From contig JYFJ02003833.1 in NCBI GenBank assembly GCA_000934665.2, forward strand, positions 1 to 36,905: 36,905 nt of DNA, read 5' to 3'. The stretch is from Catajapyx aquilonaris. Its lineage: Eukaryota. The translations under genes and the position numbers were made by a program. The notes beneath the pieces were generated by a model, which was not told the DNA's origin, did not search any database, and worked only from the letters and a program-made list of their open reading frames with translations. This document shows, in pieces, positions 11,694 through 24,546 of this stretch (the stretch's first letter is position 1; every line of letters starts with the position of its first letter).

Positions 11694-13723
11694 AACGTAA
11701 TAATTAATATCAAAAAATAAACAGCGACTACGTGAAACAGGGTGACACCGAATACTCATGTCTCGACAGACGACAGATGTTGCTCGTCTCTAATCTGACT
11801 CTGCCGATATTATCTCACGAGCATTTCCGAATCTCAAATTAGATCAAGGTGGCTGAAATCGTTTCGGAAATTCGAGGATTTGGACCACATCATGGGGGAG
11901 CAGCCGCAAAGGTAACAGGGTTATCCATCATCTTGACGTATCCTAACAGGGACTGTCAACCATTTCCAATTGCAATGCAGCGTAATTTATAGTCAATGTT
12001 TTGAACTTTCCGAGAGTGTAATCACATAGAGTAGTTGATACATTCTAGCTTCGAATTAAAGACACTTTTCTCAAGTGCTCTACAAAGTAAGATGATGGAG
12101 AAAAAAAAGTTTCAGCAGTTAGTTTCATCCTAAAGTTGTTCCTCTCAAGGAAAGATTACCCTCGGAATATCATCTATACTGTAAAAAAAAACAAGTATAT
12201 CGATTTACTCCCTGCCTGTTTTAGGTCTTCATTTCGAAATGAAAACGCTGTCAACCCTTCTTTGTGCGACAAGATGATAGAAAAAAAAATCTGAAAATCC
12301 ATGATGCAAACCAACATCTCTCAGAGTTATGGTTGTTTTCTCCTCTTTCATTAAATTCGGAGTCTCCTCCACTTTGGAAGTGGGCATTACTTCCAGACTG
12401 TTTCACTCGTCTCACTCCCACCTAGTTCAAGCTTCTGACCACTGTCAACATCAAACTTAAAAAATGCCAATTACTTGTTCAATTGTTTCAATGCTCATAA
12501 CACGACCTCACTTAATGAAAGTCTGTATAAGAATGTAATTAAGTCACTTCAACCATGAAAATTTAAACTGCTTTATAGACCAAACATGCTTTTCCTAGGT
12601 GGCGCATTTTGCAAGTTCAGTTTTGCGCAATTTGAGTTTAATCTCGCAAATTAGCCCTTGAGAACGCAAGTGCCAGTCGCAGCCCCATAAATGGCCACTT
12701 ACTAACACTACGTTTGCAGTTGTTTATTTATTGATTACATGCCCACGTGCAAATGAAGAGGAAATTAAGGAAAAATGGGGTCCCGAAATGAGCGCAGGGG
12801 GAAAAAAAAGCACTTGACATCAAACAACGTCAAAATGTTTTTGCTCTCTTTGCATATAGCCGGGACTGCGGAAGCGCTAATTATCTCACAAATGAAACTA
12901 TCAATCTCACTTTTAATACGCTTTCCTAGTTTTATCAGAGGAAATTCGCAAAACAAGGTGAACATCATATATTGCACCGACTTGCACTGGATGTAATAGC
13001 CTATTAATATAGTAAACGGATTATGCATGAAAACTGTAGGCCATTAAAATTCGTGAATTCCACACCGTCTGTCACGTTTTATAGTCATTTTGCTTTAGTT
13101 TCACCTTTCGCATTGGGAAATGTTTGATTTTGCAGCAGCCAAACCACAATAGTTATTCCGCTGCATTATTAATTTATTAAGCATGATTGCGCTTTTACCA
13201 ATTATGCCAATGAATGCTTACTAATAGCCCGCAAGTTTGCCTCTACCAAATCCGAGAAAGTGTAAATAGTAATTAAAAAGTACAATCGCAATAAGGTACT
13301 GACTTGCAATTGCAGAAAAACACTGGGCAGTAATTTGTGTACAGCGCAAATGATTAATCAAAGTCATAATGCAATTCTATTCACAAATAATGATCAACAT
13401 CGGTGCGGACTATAGGACGGTCAAATTGGTTCCTGTTAACTTAATTATGGCGGGTCAACTTGTTACACACATCATTATTGGAAATCATATTCCAGTTAAA
13501 CAATACAAGTAAAAGCAGGTTTTTGACTAGTTAAGCGCGAAAGTGCTCTATTATTCCAACATGCACACTGCCATAATGACTGTTATATATTCAGAGAAAA
13601 CATTAATGAGTTGTATCAGCACAAATTATGAAAAAGCTCTTATTCCATAATTATGTGTGTTCGCAATAAGTAACCTGGAATTACTGCAAACGAATTTAAA
13701 ATATTTGGAATAACTGATTATTA

Positions 13724-13957
13724 CAGCTCTGCCGTCAGATGTGAGAGGACCGTAACTCAATATCCACTTCTCTTGCGGCGAGAAAAGAAAGCAAGTGTTA
13801 CCCAAAGCATCCAAGAGGTGGCGTTGGAGGAAGGGGGAAAAAGGAACGGCATCCCAACTCCACCTGTTGGGTGCTTTTGGTACCACTGCTTTTTTTTCTC
13901 GCCGCAAGGGGAAGTGGACATTGAGTTACGGTCTTCTCATATCTGACGGCAGAGCTG
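13724..13957. mobile_element. Palindromic MITE (CAG...CTG termini, possibly Tc1/mariner-type)
   Basis: About 100-bp inverted arms: cagctctgccgtcagatgtgagaggaccgtaactcaatatccacttc... versus ...gaagtggacattgagttacggtcttctcatatctgacggcagagctg. The left flank is TA and the right flank is TT, so the TSD is imperfect. Confidence 0.8.
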
Positions 13958-15436
13958 TTTCAAAGTGAAAAGTCAGAGATGTGAATATTTTTTTATTAGC
14001 TATGTGTATAGTGTACAATTTTTGTATACAGTCACTAGACATTTGTTTTCACATATCAGCAAACAGTACACAAACAAAGCAAAAGATGCCCATTACAACC
14101 CTTCCTTTGTTCCAAATACTGTACAATTCGTCAGCCACTATCCCGGTTAGCTAATTGCAAGGTGCGTCAAAGTGCAAAAAAAAATCCTCTTTCCTCGTTG
14201 CATTTAGTAATGAGGTGCTAGCCGTGAATACCACAATAGAATAACGTAGCTTTTGACAGCATGTGGCAGGTGTGGATGAAAACACGCCTCAACCATCAGG
14301 ACCAATGGCTAGAGAGAGAGAAAAAAATAGCTGCTGATGAAACCTGCAGCGATGATTGATTCACTAGAAGCTGGCTTTATCTCTTCTTCAAAATTGAAGA
14401 TTTATATTCACTAAAAGCGGGCCATCAGTTGGTGCTTAATGTGCCGAATGTCGATATCTTATCCATGAACATGCACTTATACTAAATCTAACCACATCTG
14501 GGGAAGACGAGTCCTCATTCGATTTCTTACTCCCATGTGATTCAAATAACGGGGTCCAGACGACATCCAATCTCTTCTCAAACTTTTGCAGTTTTCAGTT
14601 AAGCCACATTTGCAAATCCAAGAAGTCATCGCATGTTCCTTCTAGGTAGGCATGTGTCACCAACAGATACTACAGATAACCTGACAGCTAAAGTAAAATT
14701 ATATGTTCTTCTGAAAGAATCTGGCGGGTTCCAAAAGTGGGCAAAATTTTCGTCAGAACAAACCGAGTTGGCATTGCGCCTGAACGTCGTACTGTCACCC
14801 ACACATTTTCTTCAGGGGGCAGTAAAGGACAAAAGGGTTAGGCGCCCTGAGTTTTTTTCTAAAAATTTTTCAAAAATCACGTGCCGATATTTTTGCGAAG
14901 GTTCNCCCCCCCCCCCAGCCCCCATCCGGTCTCCAGTCCTTTTGTCCTGAATTTTCATGTCAGCTGGCACAGCATTCGAACCGCTCCGATATTGGACGCC
15001 ACCGGAAAATGTTGCCAATCGATCACTAGTCTGCCCCCAAAAAATACCGAAGGTTTTTTTTGTGTGTATATAATGCCTTTGTGTTTTGTTTGCGCTTCGT
15101 TTTCACTCGTTGCGAGTAGGATTAAAATTGCGTTTAAAAAAAAAATCACGTACTTTTTTTTGCAATTTGTTTTCAGCATGTCGGTTCTCTCAAATATGTG
15201 GATGACGGTACGGTTCATTTGTCGGTGGAATTATAGACTTTTGATTGCTCTCGCATCTCATTAATCTAATGAGAACTTGATATTCAAGACTCGTGCGGTG
15301 TGCTTGGATCCGGAGCATTATTTTGCCTCTTCTTGGTTGTCACCTCGTTTAATATTCCAGGCCGTTAACCGACTTTTCAAATAGTTAGATTGTAATACAT
15401 AGCTTTAGTGTAATATTTCCGGTTCAATTAGTTTCC

Positions 15437-15512
15437 TCCTGGTCTTGAAGCAACCCTTCGCATAGGCCCCACGATGATCATCGTGGGGCCTGTGCCTGCT
15501 TCAACACCAGGA
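15437..15512. mobile_element. Truncated palindromic MITE related to the copy at 26551-26686
   Basis: Shares tcctggtcttgaagcaacccttcgca exactly with 26582-26607. It contains a perfect 28-bp palindrome aggccccacgatgatcatcgtggggcct (15464-15491) and ends in tgcttcaacaccagga. Confidence 0.7.
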
Positions 15513-15752
15513 TAGGCCAGTACCATATTAATTTTTCTATAGGCGCGCAGTTTTCATTTTGATACCATGTGACTTACTATCCGCTCTATCTATCGTGTCT
15601 ATCTAGATCATCAAGGCGCGATGCCGCAGGCGGTGTTTTATTTACCAACCCGCGTGAAAATGCGACCAAGGTGCTGGGCGAGTGATTCCAAAGTGGTTGC
15701 AGAGTGCAGCCTGCAACTCCAGCGCCTAGGAATCAATAGGTGAGGGGCCACT

Positions 15753-15807
15753 GAGAGACAGAGGGAAGCGGGGGAGGAAGAGAAGAGAGAAAGAGGGAAA
15801 GAGAGAG
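15753..15807 (+). repeat. GA-rich polypurine tract
   Basis: gagagacagagggaagcgggggaggaagagaagagagaaagagggaaagagagag follows a CpG-rich stretch and a candidate donor AG|GTGAGG at 15740. Confidence 0.6.
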
Positions 15808-17477
15808 TTTGCTGGAATCTGCAGGCCTCTATCTGTGCAAAGCTGGTGCTGAGCTAAGATAGATCTGGAGGAATATAGAATGGGATGAGATGAAATGAAT
15901 GTGGTGATGGAGGAGAAAATGGAGGGATCTGGACCCCACCCAGCTCAAACAAGCCTCCACTCAGGCTGTCACACGACTTGCTACATAACTGAACCAACAC
16001 CATCTAACCAGCTGTCATCTGTGATATCACAATGTTTCATATTGTCACATTTATATAGAATACAGTGTTTGTCATACATATTGACTGTGAAAATGGCGAT
16101 GTTGGACAGTTTGTCAGTTTTACCTTTTCGGTCTCTCACAAAGCGGTTGGAATGAAGATTGCATGTCATTGTCGCACCAAGTGGGACGCCAAATCAAATT
16201 AAGAGTAAAACCACGAGCTGGAAGAACCGCTGGCAAATATGATTAAAGCTCACTTAATATACACTATTTGCGATTAGGACAAGTACACTGGGGGTGAAAC
16301 AGGGGCGGAGGGAAAATTTAATTTCAAAGTTTTAATGAGTGAAACTACTTGTGGCCGCGAATGAAGTACGGCGACTGGCGCTTACTCAAACACACTACAC
16401 CACCTGGCAGTGAATCATGTCCCACTCGACAAAATAAATCGATTGGCACCGCATAACACCCCCCCCCCCCACGCAAAATAGCATCACATTGTTAAGGGAA
16501 CTGCATATATGAAATATGCCTAGTTTGTCTCCCTCCCCAACTCTGAGAATGACACGATGATGAAATCCTTCATTCACATGCCCTCATATCAATTGGACCA
16601 TGATTGCTACATTCGCGTGGCTGCCACCATGTTATGACTTCCCTCTAAACCCAGCCACGTGCTTAATGCCTGTGTACGTATTACATTTAAATACTCGCTC
16701 CGTACTTTGCTGTAAAATGTAGATAATGCCACACACTGCTCCCTTAGCCCCAATTTGCACCTCTTTGTTCCAAATCTTGTAAAAGTGCCTTTACTGCACA
16801 AACACTTTTAGTATTTTCCACGAGTCTTTTTGCGGGCTTCTATTGCGTACTTTCTGTCTGGGCTTCCAGATGCAAGCAGTGCCATAATGCCGTTTGCATA
16901 ATTTGGGGAGTGTTCCGTGAAGTGAGGTTAACACATCAGCGACCATTTCTTCTCACCGCAACGACCCCATGGCTAGGCCTCTGGTTAAGTCTTGTATGTT
17001 CAAAAACAAGCTGTGTAGCACAAATAAGCCTTCGTGTGTGGAGCAACCTAGGCTAATATTTGAATTAAGCCCGTTTTGTGGCTTTGCTTATATTTATATG
17101 CAGTACCATGTGCCATTGCAGTACAAGGATTGGATTCACTCAAAAGGAAAACGCCTGCGGTGATAGTACGGTATGTTAAAGAGAAGCGCAGCCTCAGTTC
17201 TTTGCAGTATTTTCACCCGAATACTGTACTTGACTGGGTTAAAATATTGGGTAGCTGCAGTGGATCGAGGGAAATTAAATCAAGAGCTTTTGAGTTTGAA
17301 ATAACGGATTGTTACAGCAAAAACTGATAGAAGGTCCCGATGCCTTCTAGCTATAATCTTGCCGTTTCGCTTACACATGGTATTTTAATCCTGGAAGTTA
17401 GACATGACCCTGTGCCTGTATTGCGGGTTTGCTATGAACAGTCAGGATATACCTACTACGTAAACAATATTGGGAAG

Positions 17478-17746
17478 GAGTAGGGTTGACAGGCATCGCG
17501 GAAGCGGGCGGGAGGGTGAGTAGTGGCCGGGGGCAGTGGCTGTGTCGCAAACGCAAGGATGCAAGTATAGATTTTTTGGATTTTTTTGGACCGAACCGAA
17601 CATAACCTAACCTTCCTTCCTTGCGGATACAGACCTATCTTCAGCGGATGCACGCCTATTCTTTAGCCTGCCTGCTCCGTTTTTTGCGACACAGCCACTG
17701 CCCCCAGCCACCACTCACCCTCTCGCGATGCCTGTCAACCCAACTC
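17478..17746. mobile_element. MITE-like element with about 65-80-bp terminal inverted repeats
   Basis: Left arm gagtagggttgacaggcatcgcg...gagggtgagtagtggccgggggcagtggctgtgtcgcaaa mirrors right arm tttgcgacacagccactgcccccagccaccactcaccctctcgcgatgcctgtcaacccaactc, with a short indel. TSD not identified. Confidence 0.75.
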
Positions 17747-20700
17747 TATGTACTTTCCAGGTTATCGCTAACTATTGCACACTCAAAATTTTGAATGAAA
17801 AATGTATCGACAGAAATCATTTTCTCTGTGCAAAAACTGGGGTTGGAGCCCATTAATACCACACTAGTAATTTCACTTATAAAACTGGAAGTTGAGCTCC
17901 GTTCCATTTTTCTGCATTAGGTTTTCCTAACCCCACGCCACTAGGCAAGGCCAGAGGCGACTTTTATCTTCCCGGCAAATCTGGCCAGACCCGGTTGCAC
18001 AGATTGAAGGGAATTATAAAACGTTCCCTTATCTGACTGACACGAGCAATATATCAACTGGAACCCAAGCTCTCCCTTCAAACCCAGTTACCCCCCAGAA
18101 TCTATGGCAGTCTCTGTAATTGTTTTAGCAGGATTTTAAAACAATGCAACCGGATTCGTAACCTTTATCACATAGAGAGAAGAAAAAAAAACTAACTTAT
18201 AGGATTGGGGAACAACTCTGGTGAAACTGCAGTTGGGAATCCCCAAGCAGGTACTGTACACAGTACGGAAGTGGTACAAAGTCCAAAGTCGCAGCAGAGT
18301 GCGGCGTGGGTCGGATGGGGGTGGACTCACAATCAGCACTTAGTCTTAGCCCCGGAGAGCAGCATCCTGACCCGAAATGTAGGCTGAGAATCGATCCTGG
18401 AAACCCCCTGGATCCAGCAGGAACTAGGAAAGGGGGGGGGGGGGGNNNNNNNNNGGGGGGGACCTAGGAAATGAGTAGGGGGTACATACATGGGGATTAA
18501 GCCCTGAGCGCAATGTTGAATGGATGGTCTCTCTGAAAACCTTTCCAAATCCCTTTTCACTCTATCCAATATCACTCTGGTTGAAATACTGATGCGTTAC
18601 AAAAAGTATGTGCAATGTAACAAAATATTTCTCGACATTGTGATACTCTTGTATAGCTCAAGTCCTTTCCGGTGGAATGACCCTAAAGCGTGGCTAATTT
18701 TGAATGAACCATTGTGTCAAACAATGTGCAAAGTGAGGGGTTTGAATATGCTTCGCCCATCGCCCACGAAATGTGAGGCTGGCACTCACTTTTACTGGTT
18801 GGATGACTGCTTGGAAGTGAGGAAATGAGAAGTGCTTTGGCGCACACCGTTCGATTCCCATGGGAAAATGCTACATACGGGAAGCTATCAAATGAAAAGG
18901 GTTCGTAAAATTACTAAAAACTAGTGTGACGTCATGGTGAGTTACTGAAAAAAAAGTAATATAGTTGTTTACCACGAGCTTCGTTAGTGGTCAGCTTGAT
19001 GAAAACCCATATAAAGAGCGGCCGTTCCTGTGGGGGTATTATACATTTTTGAATTTCAAAAGTTAACTGAATTACTCCAGCCCCAGGTATGAGTCTTCGC
19101 ACAACGTTGGTGTTACCTTCTCATTTGAATGTACACATGTGCAAAGAATGAAATGAACAGTCCGGAATAACGAACCATACCACGTTGAAAACACTGGTTT
19201 TCGTACAATCAAAGTTAAGCAACGGGATGGATGACATAATGGCAGGGTTGATCTAGTTAACTATCACCTTCCCTAATTCGTGCTAGTTTTATCTGTTAAT
19301 TATGTCGATTTTATAAATATTTATATCACCCAACCAGGGTAATGGCATTCACAGGTTTACCTTGAATATTGACAAGTTTTACACATCATCATGGATGAAT
19401 ATTAATCTGCCAAATCACGTTCGTATTCAATACAAACTGCAATATATTCCCCCCCCCCTCCCCCCATGGAAATTATGCATACTGTATATAGGAAAAATGT
19501 GGCAACAAGTCAGTAATTTTAGTAACAATTTCTCGTACAATAAAATCACACTTGATGACTGGCAGTACAATCCAACCAGGACCGTTTTAACCTATTATAC
19601 CCTGAGAAAAGTCACGTGTTCCACATTTTGCTAGATGCTGAAATACGGTCAGTGTAACACGGAACGATGCATAAATCTAGCTATTTCCACGCTATGCGAT
19701 GCTTTCATTTCGTTTCCGCTCCCTTCATCACATTTTGCGACGACAAAGTTCACCTTGGATGCTGGCTGGATGCCAATGCAAGTCCTCCAAATGCATCCTA
19801 AGATTTCCAGGTCGGCACTTAACTTCGGTAACCATTTCCTCTTGCGTCCATAGTTCGTCTCTTCTCTTTTTATCCCTGGGAAGCGGACAGTTACTGCTCC
19901 CAATCTAATTAAGTTCCTGAAGAAAATAGGCTTCGGCCCTCACTAGATCAATTGTCACGTCTTGTTCTAGTAGTCTATAAATCACTTGTACTAACAGACA
20001 CCGGTTCTTCTGCTAATAAATGATCACCAATCAGGTTCTTTATGCTCATTCGCGCTCTTCAAAGAGTTCTATTGAATTTGAGATAAAAAAGTGGAGGGGG
20101 GATGTAACATCGTCTATTCATAGTTGATGAATATCCTACACTTATTGGTTAGCATGAAAACTAATGACGTCAAAAAAATTCATTACACTTTTACCCTATT
20201 TCTCATTACGCAATGCTGAATTGTTTATATCGAAAAATTCAATCACAGCGTTCTTCTATGAAACTTTGCACAATAAGCTGAGTATCAATTTTTGCTGCTG
20301 AGAAAATGAAGAGAAACCTGCTGTATCGATTTTCATTACTACGAAACCCTACAGAGAATAATTTCTATGTAACCTACTTTAATTAGTGAGTTCTGAGCGA
20401 AACAGGCTCCAAAGGATGCGCGTTTCGATCACAAACAAATGGTGTAACAGTTTTTTTTGCTGCAAGTTCATTATTCGCCTTTGTATTTCGATACACAAGA
20501 ACCTTTAGTAATGATTGTTTGCTAGCTGAAACGAAAAACTACAGACATGACAAAACCACGTATAACCGTTAGCTAAATCATTTGAATGGACCTTGCTTCT
20601 ATATCACAAATCCTCTCGAGCGAAATAGCACTAACATATCCCACCAAAATAGGTTTCAACTCCGTCATATCTTCCAGCCTTTTTATCATGCAACTGACTG

Positions 20701-20997
20701 GGCACTGTAATTTTCCTTACAATATCCAATGCTCGAATTACACGACGCATTGAATTATGACAAGTACTTTGTACCCACATCACAACAACTCGCCAAATCG
20801 CGAATTTATACGATCTAACAATTTAACTCCGAATGTCATCACCATCCTCCACCAGGTTATGCATACAAACACCCCAATTTCATAATCCCTAATCCTTTGA
20901 TATGAAAAAGGCACTGCTCATCTATAGGCCTATCAAAAGTAGCTATAGGCTCTTTCTACACACAACTAGATTTCGCTAATTCGTGTCGGATTTTTAG

Positions 20998-21052
20998 CAA
21001 GGACGTTCGTCCTCATTGTATACGATTCGCTGCATCCAGCCTCCCAGTGTAG
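20998..21052 (+). other. Candidate upstream (5' UTR or N-terminal) exon of the PH-domain gene
   Basis: Acceptor gctaat...tttttAG at 20996-20997 and strong donor AG|GTAAGA at 21053. The 55 nt read QGRSSSLYTIRCIQPPSV-G in frame with the ATG exon. Confidence 0.35.
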
Positions 21053-21633
21053 GTAAGAGCTGGTGAACCCCAATACGATTATTCAGTTGGCTTAAAGAGA
21101 GTGGGAGGGAAACGCTTTTGCAGTCAAGCCACGTGAACAAATGGAAATCACGACCAGGATATGGAATTGGAAGCGTCCTGCATTTTGGGCCCACCCTTTG
21201 GCCCACCCCTATCCTGGATTTGGAGGAATGAAGTGCGGTGCAAAATATAGAGAGAATTTTGTATTGGGAATGGGCACATTGAAGGTCAAGGGGACATTTT
21301 TAAAAAACTAGGATCGATTGGTCATTTTGTATTCGGTATTGGAATGGGTATGCATATAAGCTAAGGTGTGGTATAGAAGGTCAAGGTGTGCTGGACTTGA
21401 CATAGATCGATTTTTTGGGGGGGACAAAAATACGTGGTCAGTTGTTTCTTTTACCTCTTTCCTCCAGGGCATTTGAGTTTAGGTGAGGCCAGATAATGAT
21501 TTCTGACAGACTAATGGCGCCCAAGTTGGTGCCATTACTCAGCAGGATAAGGTTGACGAGAGGCGACCGTTTTACCTTATACTTTTACCTTAGAATATTC
21601 AAACACTAACTGAAGCTTTTCTTCCTTTCAGGG

Positions 21634-21676
21634 ATGGCGAAACAACTCAAAGGAGGCTACTTGCTACGACACAAAA
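21634..21676 (+). CDS. PH-domain protein, exon encoding the beta1 strand (MAKQLKGGYLLRHK)
   Basis: Branch-like ctaac at 21606, polypyrimidine ttttcttcctttcAG (21630-21631), ATG at 21634 and consensus donor GTGAGT at 21677 (phase 1). The KGGYLLRHK motif matches the PH beta1 pattern. Confidence 0.8.
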
Positions 21677-22355
21677 GTGAGTATAGTCAGCATAAAAATC
21701 ACAACTCTTGCGAACTAGGGCACCTTCCGCTAAAAAACATGATTGCAAAAGTTTGGGCCCTCAAAAAAAAGCGTTTTCTCCCCCCCCCCTTTTTTTTTAC
21801 CTCGCCAACCTTGATCGCTCGGGCCCTCACAAGGAATTTAAAATCGCATTAAAAGAAGTCTTCTTCTCGAAACAATTTTACGTCTCCATGCGTCCAATTT
21901 GTTAGTGGCGCCAAAGGCAGTAATACCCTCTAATAAGCTACTCTGAAAAAAAAAAGTTCTCCACAAAAGAAGTGTTAGTGAAGTTCCCTCGCACCATCCT
22001 CGCCAACTTGGTCATGCAGAATACCTTGGACAAAAGCCGGTCCTCCTGATCGATAATATCGACGTGTTCACTTCACACACTTTTTTTTCCGGACGATACC
22101 GTCACACTCGGCTGAAACTCCGACTTTTTTCTGACATTGTCAACTTTTTATGCCAAAACTGCAACGCAAAAAAATGCATATGGTCGATTAATAGCACAAA
22201 CCTACTGCGCCAATCGAATCTTGAATTTTTAAGCCAGTTTTACGTATCGGTAACTATGTTAAAATTATAATAGTTAGCTATCAATATGCTTACATAAAGG
22301 ATGTCCAGTGCATTCATCCTAGCATGATGCAACCCAACCCACATGTAATATTGAC

Positions 22356-22406
22356 AATTTTTATAGTACTGCAATCGGTATTACCGATTGCAGAACTATA
22401 AAAATT
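22356..22406. repeat. Near-perfect 51-bp palindrome
   Basis: aatttttatagtactgcaatcggta-t-taccgattgcagaactataaaaatt has 25-bp arms, 1 mismatch and a 1-nt loop. Confidence 0.85.
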
Positions 22407-23119
22407 ATTTTGATTTCTTAACTCCAATATGGCGGAAATTTCTCCAATTTACAGCTACTTTCCAGTAATATTCTACAAAAATATGCATGTTTTTCCTTCC
22501 TTTGTTAGGATTATCCCTCTACCCTTGTTTAAATAGATTCGTCCACAATTTTTCGCTCACAATTGCACCACAGGGTCAGACCAGGTCTATTAGGGTTAAA
22601 CCCCAGCGCTTTCTCCATAAGTGCAGCGCAGAAGCCCTGTGAGTTCCAAATCCCAAAAGCTATTTGAAGTCCGCACAAGGCAGGTCGTGATTTGAGCTGG
22701 CTCATTGGCAAACATGGTTGGACAGGTGAGTTATGGGGATTCTCTAGGACTAGGTTTATACGGCTCCTACCGCAGTATGCTGGTGTCAACCCACAGCACT
22801 TGCTGAAAACTCCAAGCCTCCTTTCTTTAATATGCTTGGCCTCGTCTGTGTCACAAGCAAAATCCCCCGTCCGGATTAGGCGACTTAGCGGAACATGTCC
22901 AGATTTCGGATATTAAACATCCAGTCGCCACGCAATAGGTGGTTTTTTGGGCTTCTAGGCGCATAAAAAGAGTGGACGCTGTGAGACCTACGTAGGTCAT
23001 CCCTGTAACATCACGAGCAGCATATTTATTAGACCTAACAGACTCTCTGGTTACCAACTCATTCTCCCCTGACCAAAGCTAAGGAAGCAGTGCGGATGCC
23101 CGCCCAGATCACATGACCA

Positions 23120-23167
23120 CACTCTTAACAATTTACCTTCTCTAGAGAGGGTAAATGGTTAAGAGTG
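23120..23167. repeat. 48-bp palindrome containing TTAA...TTAA (possible collapsed TTAA-type MITE)
   Basis: cactcttaacaatttaccttctctagagagggtaaatggttaagagtg is self-complementary with 2 mismatched pairs. It is flanked by gcccgccc (23098-23105) and gggcgggc (23175-23182). Confidence 0.7.
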
Positions 23168-24546
23168 CAGAAAGGGGCGGGCTCTGAAAACGTCACAATA
23201 TTTGGCAATTTTTCTTCAACCTCAGCAGGCCTTTTCCAAGCCTTCTCTCCATTCATCATATCCAACCCCTATATAGTGATGGTGGTTGCTAATTAAAGTC
23301 TCATTATGCGGTAATTTTGTACGGGAGAAAAACCAGGAGCAAATCTAGCATGAGAGGCAACAATGTTAGGGCCACTTTCAACTGCGGCAGATTGCTCTTC
23401 GGAACATTTTCTCACTCTTGAAAGTATGCTTCCGGTTGCCCTGAATTCCAATGAACTTCTTAGCATAAAGGAATGCCGTGGTTGTGCTACAAAACTGACT
23501 TCAGGGCAAACTAGTTATAAGTAAAGTTGACGGATTTCTCCTTGCGATTGTGATGCGCTGGATATAATTATGAAAAGGAATGTTGAAATCACCCTATTTA
23601 TTTTTATCAGGATGAGATATCCAAGGAGGAATTTTGGGGGAATCTAAATATTTCTTGCAATTTTGTTTTAATCATAGATGAATAGGGTATTGATGGGGCA
23701 TATTTTTGAGCAGAATGCAGCTCGTTGGAGTGACAAGGCTGCTCTTATTGGTCAGCGCTTCGGCAATAATTCGGGTTTGTAATGGGTAATAAATTGTGCC
23801 AATTGAGATAATAGCATTGTTTTGGACTATGAACGTAATTAATAGATGCACAGTCCTGTGCAGTCAACCAAAGATTGTCAGCATTATTGGTGAAAAAATA
23901 AATCAAAATTTGCCCATAAAAGTTACATTAATTGAAAATTAGTCATATAACAGTATTACGTTTTGGCATTTAGTCCTTGTGAACCATTTATCACACATTG
24001 CCAATTAGAATAAGCTTGACAACCGCCTTTTTAAGAGGAAAAATACGCATCACCAGTTCTTCAACCAAACTGACCTAGCAACAAGGCATCCTACTAATTA
24101 TTACCTCAATAACAAGGTGCCAATTAACAACTGAACATAATGATCCTGGAGCGACCAGGTATAATTCACCCTCGAAACTTGGTCGGTGTAGTTTCGCATT
24201 ATTCGCAAGAGCCTGTATTCCTTCACTCTCTGGGTGAATAATGCACAGTACAAACCCAAAAGTGATGAAGAACTATAGCGCTGCTCAAAAGTGATTAACT
24301 ACTTAACTAATAATAGGATCCTTAATCAATGCTTCAGCAGTACAAGACCCAACACTGCTGCCGAACTAGTAGGAAGTGATTGCATTTAGCTTCTAAGCAC
24401 AGAAGGAATAATCTGCAGCACATAGCTGCCTGCACTCATTAAAAGCTCTTTAGTAAGCTGTGATTGAAGTTGTGAGACAGCATGTAGACTTCTGTACATT
24501 CATAGGCCTATCCAGCCTGGTCCTTGAGATAAGCGCCTGTTCATAA

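Noticed and set aside
14812..14948. 11-bp inverted repeat aggacaaaagg / ccttttgtcct around a poly-C run
   Set aside because: Possibly a transposon-end remnant, but too short, without a TSD, and with an N inside.
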